Shown here in pieces: positions 9,000-16,904 of a stretch of DNA of 64,000 nucleotides. A program made the translations under genes and the position numbers. The stretch covers positions 320,001-384,000 of the forward strand of contig CAVOVB010000003.1 in the NCBI GenBank assembly GCA_963699755.1, in the 5' to 3' direction. The notes beneath the pieces are model-generated. The model was given only the letters and a program-made list of their open reading frames with translations, had not been told where the DNA came from and made no database searches. Numbering within the stretch: position 1 is the stretch's first letter; every line of letters starts with the position of its first letter. Source of the stretch: an uncultured delta proteobacterium. GTDB taxonomy: Bacteria; Myxococcota_A; Polyangia; Polyangiales; Houyiibacteriaceae.

Positions 9000-10540
9000 T
9001 GAGCCGAGTCGCGGCCACTTCGAGGCTGGGGTGCACGGCGGTGAGAGCCATGCAACCCACCAAACCCACACTGTTCTTGCTCACCGTGGTGGGCAGTGTC
9101 TGGCTTTCCGCAAGCACTGAGGGCCAGCTCGGCCCCGACGGTAGCCCGATCAACACTTCGAACTACTCGGTCGACCTTACGCGAGGCGTGGTGATCAGCA
9201 CATCGCGCGTGGTCGGGCTCTCAGGCGCAGCCACATCCTTGGCCCAAGGCGTCGAGGGCGGCCTGCAGAACCCGGCTGCGGTCGCTTACCGGGGGCCCCA
9301 ATGGCCGGATTGGTACGACTACTGGCTGGCGTTCGGCTTGACCTATCCATTCCAGTCCGGTGACTTCTACAACAGCGGGCAAGTCGCGGGAGACAGCAAT
9401 GCCGTCTCGGAAAGCACCTTCTTCCTGATTCCAGGCGCGTATTTCCAGATGTGGAATCTCGGCATCGGCCTCACGATCGATTCCCAGTTCGTCAAAGTCG
9501 AGGGCGTGATCAACCCGGTGACCGGGGATTCAGAGACCCTGCGGCTGCGCTTCACGACGTTTCACATCCAGGCGGGATACGGATTTTTCGATGGGCAGCT
9601 CATCATCGGCGCAGGTTTGCGTATCCTGCGACAGCGCGCGTTCCAGTCGAACCGCGCGGTGAGCGACGGCGATCTGTATCAGAGCCTGGGGCTCGGTGCC
9701 GAGGTTGGCGTGATGTTCAGGCCGCACAACAAGCGCTGGAGCCTCGGCGCATCGCTCTTCCCGCGGATTTCCACAGGTGTCCAGACAAGGGCAAACGTCC
9801 CGCCGAATCCGGACGGGGACATCCTCGTCGGTGACTTCTACATCCCTCGGTCCACGAAGCTCCCAACGACGGGTAGCCTTGGCTTTTCGTATCAGTTCGG
9901 GCTCCGACCGACGAATCCACCCTGGGTGAGCGCAGAAGCGCTCGCGGCCGACGAGCTCGACCGCCTCAAGCGGCGGAAGCAGGCAGCCCAGGAACGCGAA
10001 CAACAAGAGATCCGGGCCGTGCGAGCGCGCGGTGGGCCCGACGTCGAGCTCTGCGTTCAAGCGGTCGAGCAGAAGTATGCGAGGAAGTACGCCAAGATCA
10101 AACAGTCGCGAAAAGAGGTGAAGAAGCTGGCCTGGGACATGCTCCGCAAGCAATACCGCTGGGGCTGGCCCCGCCGCTACTATCTGCTCACCGCCGACCT
10201 CTGGCTCAACGGACGAGTGGACAACGGCGTTGGGGTCGAATCGTTTGTTTTTCAGACGGTCCAACGGTCTGGGGAGAAGATCACGGTCTCGCCGCGGATC
10301 GGTTTCGAAACCGAGGTTGCGCCCACGCGAATGAAGATCCGCGCCGGTGCGTACATGGAGCCCAGCCGCTTTGCCGAGTCGACCCCGCGTGTCCACGGGA
10401 CGCTGGGCTGCGACATCAGCCTTTTCAAATGGAGCGTGTTTGGGCTCTGGCCCGAGGACTACCGCTGGCAGATCAGCGCTGCCTTCGACATCGCGAGGAA
10501 GTACCGGTCGTTTTCCCTTGGCATCGGCGGCTGGTATTGA
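8999..10540 (+). CDS. Putative outer-membrane beta-barrel (FadL-like) with internal coiled-coil insertion
   Basis: SRVVGLSGA..LQNPAAVA motif, beta-strand pattern, C-terminal FSLGIGGWY; start either GTG 8999 (overlapping the upstream stop) or ATG 9050. Confidence 0.6.
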   Translation: MSRVAATSRLGCTAVRAMQPTKPTLFLLTVVGSVWLSASTEGQLGPDGSPINTSNYSVDLTRGVVISTSRVVGLSGAATSLAQGVEGGLQNPAAVAYRGPQWPDWYDYWLAFGLTYPFQSGDFYNSGQVAGDSNAVSESTFFLIPGAYFQMWNLGIGLTIDSQFVKVEGVINPVTGDSETLRLRFTTFHIQAGYGFFDGQLIIGAGLRILRQRAFQSNRAVSDGDLYQSLGLGAEVGVMFRPHNKRWSLGASLFPRISTGVQTRANVPPNPDGDILVGDFYIPRSTKLPTTGSLGFSYQFGLRPTNPPWVSAEALAADELDRLKRRKQAAQEREQQEIRAVRARGGPDVELCVQAVEQKYARKYAKIKQSRKEVKKLAWDMLRKQYRWGWPRRYYLLTADLWLNGRVDNGVGVESFVFQTVQRSGEKITVSPRIGFETEVAPTRMKIRAGAYMEPSRFAESTPRVHGTLGCDISLFKWSVFGLWPEDYRWQISAAFDIARKYRSFSLGIGGWY

Positions 10541-10619
10541 GCCACCTTGCCAATCCATGCTTGCCCCAGGGTCGATTCCTCTCTAGAAGACAGCGGACCA
10601 TAGGGGACTTCGCCGACAC

Positions 10620-11543
10620 ATGAAGAACATCATCTTGGGCGCCTGCCTTCTCGCCGCGCTTGCCATCGTGGGCTGCAAGAAGAGCAAGACCACGCCGCCT
10701 CCGCCTGAAATCTCGGTCAGGCTAGTCGATCCCGGGCAAGCGCCGCTCGAGCCGTTGCGCTATGCGATTCCGCCTGGCACTGTCGTCGACAGCTTGCTCG
10801 ACATCCGCGATGTCGAGGCTGCAGCCGAAGAAACCGAGGATTCCGAGGACGCCTTCGGTGTCCTTCCCGGCTTCACGCTGCTGCTGCACGCGGGTCCCGC
10901 CGTCGTCATTCCGAACGGGTTCCGATACATCTTGCGCATCAGCAGCGCGAAGCCTGTCATTCCAGAAGGCGTCACCGACCTCCAAACCCAAGAGGTCGAG
11001 CAGGGCGTCGAAGCGCTCGGCGGCATGCGCGGCCGCTTCGATATCAACGCGCAAGGCATCGTCGTCGATGCTGACGTTCCCTGGGCTCAAGGCCAGCAAC
11101 GAATCCATCCGCGCGTGGCGATCACCATCGGAAACGTGCGCTCGGCAATCGCCACCATCCCATTGCCCTTGGAGCCCGTAGGCATTGGCGCCGTCTGGGA
11201 AGTCCGGAGGCCCCTTCGGATTTGGAGCGCGCGGGTGAATCAGGTGACGCGGTACGAGCTGACCGATCGGGTCGGCGATCGATTCAGGGTGAAGGTTACG
11301 GCGCAGCAGACAGCCGCTCCTCAGGTTGCCGACCTCAACCCCGAGCTCGAGATGCACGTTCGCAGCTATGAGATGCATGCGCGGGGCTTCGCACTTGCCG
11401 ACCTCGGCCTGCCGCTGGCGCTCGAGGCGTCGCTCGAGACGAGCTCGGCAGCCGACATTGCGCTGGTGTCCCCCCAAAAAACCGAGCCTTTGCTGTCCGC
11501 GCGACGCGCTGTCCTCAGACTGGTTTCGAAGAAGGAAAGGTAG
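10620..11543 (+). CDS. Hypothetical lipoprotein
   Basis: Lipobox IVGC; paralog of the next gene (LVDPG..PLRY; P.EP.G.GA.WEV.R). Confidence 0.7.
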   Translation: MKNIILGACLLAALAIVGCKKSKTTPPPPEISVRLVDPGQAPLEPLRYAIPPGTVVDSLLDIRDVEAAAEETEDSEDAFGVLPGFTLLLHAGPAVVIPNGFRYILRISSAKPVIPEGVTDLQTQEVEQGVEALGGMRGRFDINAQGIVVDADVPWAQGQQRIHPRVAITIGNVRSAIATIPLPLEPVGIGAVWEVRRPLRIWSARVNQVTRYELTDRVGDRFRVKVTAQQTAAPQVADLNPELEMHVRSYEMHARGFALADLGLPLALEASLETSSAADIALVSPQKTEPLLSARRAVLRLVSKKER

Positions 11544-11548
11544 ATTTC

Positions 11549-12562
11549 ATGTTTCGTATCGTGATGCTCGCCGGTTTGTTGCTGGCGACGAGTGCTTGCC
11601 GAACGAAATTCCAGCCTCAGACGGTGCAGGCGGCTGACCCTGGTCCCCCGTTGCGGGTCTTGCCTGAAATTCGGGTCGTCGATGCCGGGATGACCCCGCG
11701 GGTTCCGCTTCGCTATAGGGTTGCGCCCGGGCAGACCGAGACGCTTTTTCTCGAGCTCGCGCGCGGGCGGTCGATGCAAGCTGCCAGTCAGGGCGCCGAA
11801 AGCGCCATTGCGCCGGTGCAACTCGAGGTGAAGATGGGCCCCGCCCAACCGACGCCTCAGGGGTTCATCCGCCATCCCGTTCAGATCACCCAGGTCCGAA
11901 TCTCGAAGATGGCCGAGAAGATGAGTCCCGCTCAGCGCGAGCAGATGGAACAGATGCTGGTGCCTCTCTTGCAAGTCCAGGGTTGGAGCGAAATGGACGT
12001 GCAAGGACGAGTCCGCCGAGGGGAGTTCCGTGGCATGGAGGACGTGCCACCGACGCTTCGCACCATGCTTGGCAACATTCGGAGCGCGCTCCTCACCGTA
12101 CCGTTTCCCGACGAGCCCCTCGGGGCGCGGGCGCAATGGGAGGTCGAGCGCCGTCTTCAGTTCTCCGGCATCTGGGTGGACCAGGTCGTGACCTACCGCA
12201 TCGACAAGATGGACGACGATCAGCTCCAGTTGCAGATCACGGCGCGCCAAACCGCTCAACCCCAGTCGATCGGCAACAGCCGACTCGAGGCCTACCAAGC
12301 ATCGATCCTTGGGTCAGCCACGGTTCGCCTGGGCTACTTCACGCCGTTTTCCGAGGCTGAGTCGACCTCCCAGATGCGCATTAGTACCCAGACCGAATCT
12401 GGGCCCGAGCTGGTTCGCGTCGACACGGTGACAGCGGTGAGGCTCTACCCTGCGGAGGCAGCCGGGGAATGGGCCAGTGAAGAGCCCGAAGAGGAACCCG
12501 CCGATCCAGAAGACGCGAAGATCATCACCGATCCAGGGAAACAAAAACTGAAGTGGCAGTGA
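11549..12562 (+). CDS. Hypothetical lipoprotein, paralog of 10620..11543
   Basis: Lipobox TSAC; VVDAG..PLRY, GNIRSA, PDEPLGARAQWEVER shared with the upstream gene. Confidence 0.7.
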   Translation: MFRIVMLAGLLLATSACRTKFQPQTVQAADPGPPLRVLPEIRVVDAGMTPRVPLRYRVAPGQTETLFLELARGRSMQAASQGAESAIAPVQLEVKMGPAQPTPQGFIRHPVQITQVRISKMAEKMSPAQREQMEQMLVPLLQVQGWSEMDVQGRVRRGEFRGMEDVPPTLRTMLGNIRSALLTVPFPDEPLGARAQWEVERRLQFSGIWVDQVVTYRIDKMDDDQLQLQITARQTAQPQSIGNSRLEAYQASILGSATVRLGYFTPFSEAESTSQMRISTQTESGPELVRVDTVTAVRLYPAEAAGEWASEEPEEEPADPEDAKIITDPGKQKLKWQ

Positions 12563-12575
12563 GAGTGGCAGTGAG
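12552..12575. repeat. 12-bp direct tandem repeat spanning a stop codon
   Basis: AGTGGCAGTGAG x2, including the TGA of 11549..12562. Confidence 0.8.
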
Positions 12576-12646
12576 ATCGGAGCGCGGAGACAGGAACGAC
12601 CAGGTTCCCCAACGGCAGGCGGCGGCGCGAGGCCTTCCCCGATGAC

Positions 12647-13378
12647 TTACTCTCTGCGCACGAATTGCTTTGGGTCTAGCTCTGCGACGAGCGCGTCGGC
12701 CGCTTTCGAGACCGCGTCGGGGTCGTTGCCGTCGAAGGTTACCTTGGTGCGGTAGTCTTCGGCTCTCCATTTGACGTAACTGCCGACCATCACGGCGGGG
12801 AAGTCCTTGGCGATGCGCTCCAGCACGCTGGCGATTTCGCCTTCGCCGCTGAGGGTATAGATTGCCTGCGAGTGGAATTCGTGGCCCTGGTCGAGTCGTT
12901 TCCGGAGGTCGACGAGCTTAAGCTCGAAGATTTCGGGGACCCCCGGAAGCACGAACACGTTCTCGATGACGACCGTCGGCCAGGGAGCCTCGGAGCTGCG
13001 AATCATCTCGGCCCCCTCGGGCATGTTCGCCATGCGGAAGTGGGCTGCGGTGGCGCGGTCGCCGTAGTATTGGCGAATCATTTTCCCGACCGCCTCGGAA
13101 CGAACCACCGGCCGGGCAAACGAAGCTGCTACGCCTTCGATCGTCACGTCATCGTGGGTGGGGCCGACACCGCCGCTGGTGAAGACGAGGTCGTGGGAGG
13201 TGCGCAGAGCGCTGAGGTCTTTGGCGATCGTGTCGATCTCGTCGGCGCAGATCACGACGCGTCGCAGCTCAATTCCGAGCTCGAACAGTGTGCGCGCGAG
13301 AAACGTCGTGTTGGTGTCGACGATCTTGCCAGACAGGATTTCGTTGCCGATGATCAGCGCTGCAGCAGTACGAGGCAT
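12647..13378 (-). CDS. CinA-like / molybdopterin-binding-domain (COG1058-type) protein, lacking the PncC domain
   Basis: IIGNEILSGKIVDTN, SGGVGPTHDDVT, LPGVP motifs. Confidence 0.85.
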   Translation of the reverse strand: MPRTAAALIIGNEILSGKIVDTNTTFLARTLFELGIELRRVVICADEIDTIAKDLSALRTSHDLVFTSGGVGPTHDDVTIEGVAASFARPVVRSEAVGKMIRQYYGDRATAAHFRMANMPEGAEMIRSSEAPWPTVVIENVFVLPGVPEIFELKLVDLRKRLDQGHEFHSQAIYTLSGEGEIASVLERIAKDFPAVMVGSYVKWRAEDYRTKVTFDGNDPDAVSKAADALVAELDPKQFVRRE

Positions 13379-13379
13379 G

Positions 13380-14510
13380 TTACTCCTGGCCTAGCTCAAT
13401 TCCGAGCGCGCGCGCTACCGCGACGAGCTCCCCGTCGGGGGGCACGCGCTTGAAATTCGCCACAGCGGATTCGAGGGGCACCGAGACGACGTCTTGACCT
13501 CGGAGCGCGACGAGTTGGCCTGCGTTGTCGTGATAGCAGAGCTCTGCGGCACGGACGCCAAACCGCGTACCGAGAATACGATCGAAGGAGGAGGGCGATC
13601 CGCCCCGCTGCAAGTGCCCGAGCACCGTCACTCGAACGTCGTGGTCGATGCGGCCCTCGAGCAGGCGGGCTAGCTGAAAGCCCGGTCCATCGGCGCGGTG
13701 AGAATGGTGCTCATGCGCTGCGGTGATACTTGAAACGGTGCCGCCGCGGGGTTTGCTGCCTTCTCCGACCACCACGATGCTGAAGTTGTCAGATGGCGAC
13801 GAACGCTCTGCGATCTTGTCGACTATGCGGTCGACGTCATAGGGAATCTCGGGAATGAGGATGACGTCGGCGCCGCCCGCGATGCCCGACATGAGCGCGA
13901 TCCAGCCCGCATCGTGTCCCATCACGTCCAGGATCATGACGCGGTCGTGCGCTTCGCCGGTGGAATGCAGCACGTCGATAGCGGCGGTAGCCGTGCTCAC
14001 GGCGCTGTCCAAACCGAACGTCAGGTCCGTCGCCGCGAGATCATTGCTGATCGCTTTGGGAATGCCCACGACTTGAACTCCTAGCTTCGCGAACCGCATG
14101 CCGATATCCATCGTTCCACCGCCGCCCACCAGCACCAAGGTGTCGATCTCGAGCTCGACGAGCTTGGCCAGCACGCGTTCCGAAACATCGATCGTTTTGT
14201 GGCTGCCGTTCGGAGCGACTGCCCCATATGCAAAGGGGTTCGCCCGATTCGAGCAGCCCAGGATGCTGCCGCCTTTCGGCAGGATGCCTCGAACATCGGA
14301 GCGCATGAGCTTCACGACGCGGTTCGGCTCTTCGATCAGACCCGCAAAGCCGTCTTCGGACCCGTACACCTCAAGGCCAAGTCCAGTCGCCGTCTTCACG
14401 AAGGCGCGAAGAACTGCATTCAGACCGGGAGCATCTCCGCCGCCCGTCAGAATGAGGACACGACGGACCGTCTCCTCTTTCTGCTCGCGCGCAAGGTTGT
14501 CATCAGTCAT
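13380..14510 (-). CDS. pfkA: 6-phosphofructokinase (PfkA family) homolog with degenerate active site
   Basis: TGGGDAPGLNA, GGSILG, LIPE, LGHLQRGG retained; GGDG is GGGG, PKTIDND is PKAISND, MGR is MGH. Confidence 0.8.
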   Translation of the reverse strand: MTDDNLAREQKEETVRRVLILTGGGDAPGLNAVLRAFVKTATGLGLEVYGSEDGFAGLIEEPNRVVKLMRSDVRGILPKGGSILGCSNRANPFAYGAVAPNGSHKTIDVSERVLAKLVELEIDTLVLVGGGGTMDIGMRFAKLGVQVVGIPKAISNDLAATDLTFGLDSAVSTATAAIDVLHSTGEAHDRVMILDVMGHDAGWIALMSGIAGGADVILIPEIPYDVDRIVDKIAERSSPSDNFSIVVVGEGSKPRGGTVSSITAAHEHHSHRADGPGFQLARLLEGRIDHDVRVTVLGHLQRGGSPSSFDRILGTRFGVRAAELCYHDNAGQLVALRGQDVVSVPLESAVANFKRVPPDGELVAVARALGIELGQE

Positions 14511-15228
14511 GAGCGGCTCTCTTCCCCGACATCTCGTACATGGCGATTGCTGCGGCCACCGATGCGTTCAGCGAGTCCATGGGCCCTTTCTGAGGGATGT
14601 GAGCGACTATATCACAGCGTTCTCGAACCATTCGGCGCAGGCCCTTGCCTTCGGAGCCAACGACCAGCACGCGCCCTCCGGTGCTGGGCTCGAGCTGGCG
14701 GATGTCGATCTCGGCGCCCGCGTCCAGCCCGACAATCTCCACTCCGGCCTCAGAAAGCGAGAGCAAGGTGCGCTGCAGATTCGTCACTCGGGCAATTCGA
14801 GCGTGCTCGGTAGCTCCTGCCGAGGCGCGCACGACAGCGCACGTGATCCCCGCGGCTCGATGTTTGGGGAAGATCACTCCATCGAGGCCGAGCGTTACGG
14901 CGCTTCGAATGATGGCGCCCAAGTTCTGCGGATCGCTCACCTGATCGAGAGCGACGAGTAGAGGGGCTCCCTGGGCATGGGCGAGGATCTCGTCGAGCTG
15001 GGCAAATTCGTAGTCGTCTGCGATCGCGACGATACCCTGGTGTCGCACGTCATCACTCAACCTATCGAGCTCCGCCCGGTCGCGATGGGTCACCGGGATG
15101 CCCTGGGCCTCTGCGGCTTCGCGAATGTCCGGGAAGTCGCGTCGCGATTCGGTGTAGATACGGCGGACCTTGGCATTTCCGCGCATGCCCTCGAGCACGG
15201 GCCGCCGCCCTGCGAGCACCCGTGTCAT
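14503..15228 (-). CDS. rlmB: 23S rRNA Gm2251 2'-O-methyltransferase (SpoU family)
   Basis: HQGIVA, DPQNLGAIIRSA, GSEGKGL, SLNASVAAAI. Confidence 0.88.
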   Translation of the reverse strand: MTRVLAGRRPVLEGMRGNAKVRRIYTESRRDFPDIREAAEAQGIPVTHRDRAELDRLSDDVRHQGIVAIADDYEFAQLDEILAHAQGAPLLVALDQVSDPQNLGAIIRSAVTLGLDGVIFPKHRAAGITCAVVRASAGATEHARIARVTNLQRTLLSLSEAGVEIVGLDAGAEIDIRQLEPSTGGRVLVVGSEGKGLRRMVRERCDIVAHIPQKGPMDSLNASVAAAIAMYEMSGKRAAHD

Positions 15229-15932
15229 CGCGAAAGTGCCAGTCCCACTTCGCGCGCGATCGCTGCAGCAGCTTCCGCGGGATCTTTCGCATCACGAATC
15301 GGCCTTCCCACGACGAGAAGGTCGGCGCCTGCTGCAATGGCGTTGGCAGGGGTCATCACGCGTTTCTGATCCCCGACGTCAAAGCCGGCGGGCCGAATCC
15401 CCGGCGTCACGAGGAACGCCTCCTCACCGAGCGTGGCCCGCAGTCTCGTGCTCTCCTGGCCCGACGTCACGAAGCCTCGAAGCCCCGCGCTCCATGCAAG
15501 CCGCGCCAGCCTATCCACGGCATCCCGCAGCCCTCCTGTCCATCCGATCGCCTCGAGCGCGGTCGCGTCGAGGCTGGTCAGTACCGTAACGGCCAATAGG
15601 CGGGTCGACCCCGCGTTGAGGTTTGCCTGCTCGAGGGACTCGAGCCCCGCGGCGGCGTGCACCGTGAGATAGGCGACCTCCATGGACGCTGCTGTGGCGA
15701 CCGAGCGCGACATAGTCGCCGGAATGTCGTGTAGCTTCAAGTCGAGAAAGCACTGGGCATCGACCTCGTGCACGGCATCGACCGCCGCTGGCCCGACCGC
15801 GGTAAAGAGCTCCAGACCGACCTTGAAGGTGCCGATGTGCTCGTGCGTTTTCTCGATCAGCGACTTGGCTGCATCGAGGTCGGAAACATCGAGTGCAAGC
15901 GCGATGCGCGACCTCGGGTCGTTCTCATTCAT
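15225..15932 (-). CDS. pyrF: Orotidine-5'-phosphate decarboxylase
   Basis: ALD, FKVGLELF, FLDLKLHDIPAT, VTVLTS, TPGIRP, DQKR, VVGRPI. Confidence 0.95.
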   Translation of the reverse strand: MNENDPRSRIALALDVSDLDAAKSLIEKTHEHIGTFKVGLELFTAVGPAAVDAVHEVDAQCFLDLKLHDIPATMSRSVATAASMEVAYLTVHAAAGLESLEQANLNAGSTRLLAVTVLTSLDATALEAIGWTGGLRDAVDRLARLAWSAGLRGFVTSGQESTRLRATLGEEAFLVTPGIRPAGFDVGDQKRVMTPANAIAAGADLLVVGRPIRDAKDPAEAAAAIAREVGLALSR

Positions 15933-15961
15933 GAATCACCGCAGCAACGCTACGGTGCCGG

Positions 15962-16696
15962 CTAGAGGCTGTCCAGCCCCGCCAAGGGATCATCGGTGTC
16001 GGCCTTGCGCGGCTTCGAGCGTCCGCGCCGTTGGGCACCCGAGGGGCTCGGAGCTGCCGCTCTGCGTGCCGCCGCCGCTGCCTCTGCATCGCGCTTTGCC
16101 TGCTCCGCGAGACGCGCCCGTTCAGCTTCTGCTTCTGCGCGCTTCTGCGCCTCTAACTCTGCTGCGGCGCGAGCCTGCTCCGCTTCCCGCGCGGCGCGCT
16201 CCGCATCCATCCTGGCCGCCAAGGCAGCCGCTTCACGACGTTCCATCTTTGGCTTGTAATAACCGAAGTAGGAACCTGCGCCGACGCCCAGAACCAGAAT
16301 CGCTGCCGCCGCCAGCAGTCCTGGGTGAACCCCTTTGCGTTGCCGTGCGCTGATCGCCGCGAGCTCGCGCTCGTGGTCGAGCATCCGCGCGTGTTGCTCG
16401 GCTTTCTCCCGGGCTTCTTGCTCGAGACGCACACGCAGCTGTGCCGCCTCGCGCTCCCGAGCGGCTTGCTCCTCCGCTTCGCGCGCTCGCCGTGCCTCGG
16501 CCTCTCGTGCCTCTTGCTCGGCGCGCCGTCGGGCAGCTTCCTGTTCTTCTCGGGCGCGGGCCTCGGCTGCGATGCGTTCGCGCTCTTCGGCTTCGCGCTG
16601 AAGGCGCTCTTCTTCTTCGCTACGAACCCGATCCTCTTGGATGCCCATGAGCTCACGAAGATTGAAGAGAACGGAAGACTCTTGTTCCTCGGACAT
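15962..16696 (-). CDS. Hypothetical bitopic coiled-coil membrane protein
   Basis: N-terminal ESSVLFNLREL, E/R/A coiled coil, single TM, second coiled coil, C-terminal DDPLAGL; ATG 16696. Confidence 0.7.
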   Translation of the reverse strand: MSEEQESSVLFNLRELMGIQEDRVRSEEEERLQREAEERERIAAEARAREEQEAARRRAEQEAREAEARRAREAEEQAAREREAAQLRVRLEQEAREKAEQHARMLDHERELAAISARQRKGVHPGLLAAAAILVLGVGAGSYFGYYKPKMERREAAALAARMDAERAAREAEQARAAAELEAQKRAEAEAERARLAEQAKRDAEAAAAARRAAAPSPSGAQRRGRSKPRKADTDDPLAGLDSL

Positions 16697-16867
16697 GATG
16701 CTAGTTATATTACACTTTTCCGTTGCGTACGGACAAGGGTTACGAGGGCATTTTCGAACCATCAAACGCTAGCAACGCGTTCCGAGGGCTGTCAAACCAA
16801 CATATTCGTAAGATTTCCAGCCCCACGAGAACAGAGCTCCATCGAGGGCTAGGGTGGTCATTGTGAT

Positions 16868-16897
16868 TTGATATACAGCGGATTTTACCGATATTAT
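16868..16897 (+). promoter_or_regulatory. Putative sigma70-like promoter, possibly leaderless
   Basis: TTGATA-18 nt-TATTAT in an AT-rich divergent intergenic region, 7 nt before GTG 16905. Confidence 0.55.
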
Positions 16898-16904
16898 TGA
16901 AATC

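Noticed and set aside
16000..16630. Quasi-repetitive DNA in coiled-coil or low-complexity coding regions (also 42600-42900, 59450-59790)
   Set aside because: Explained by E/R/A/P-rich protein composition; no fixed-length repeat-spacer structure, so not CRISPR or a VNTR
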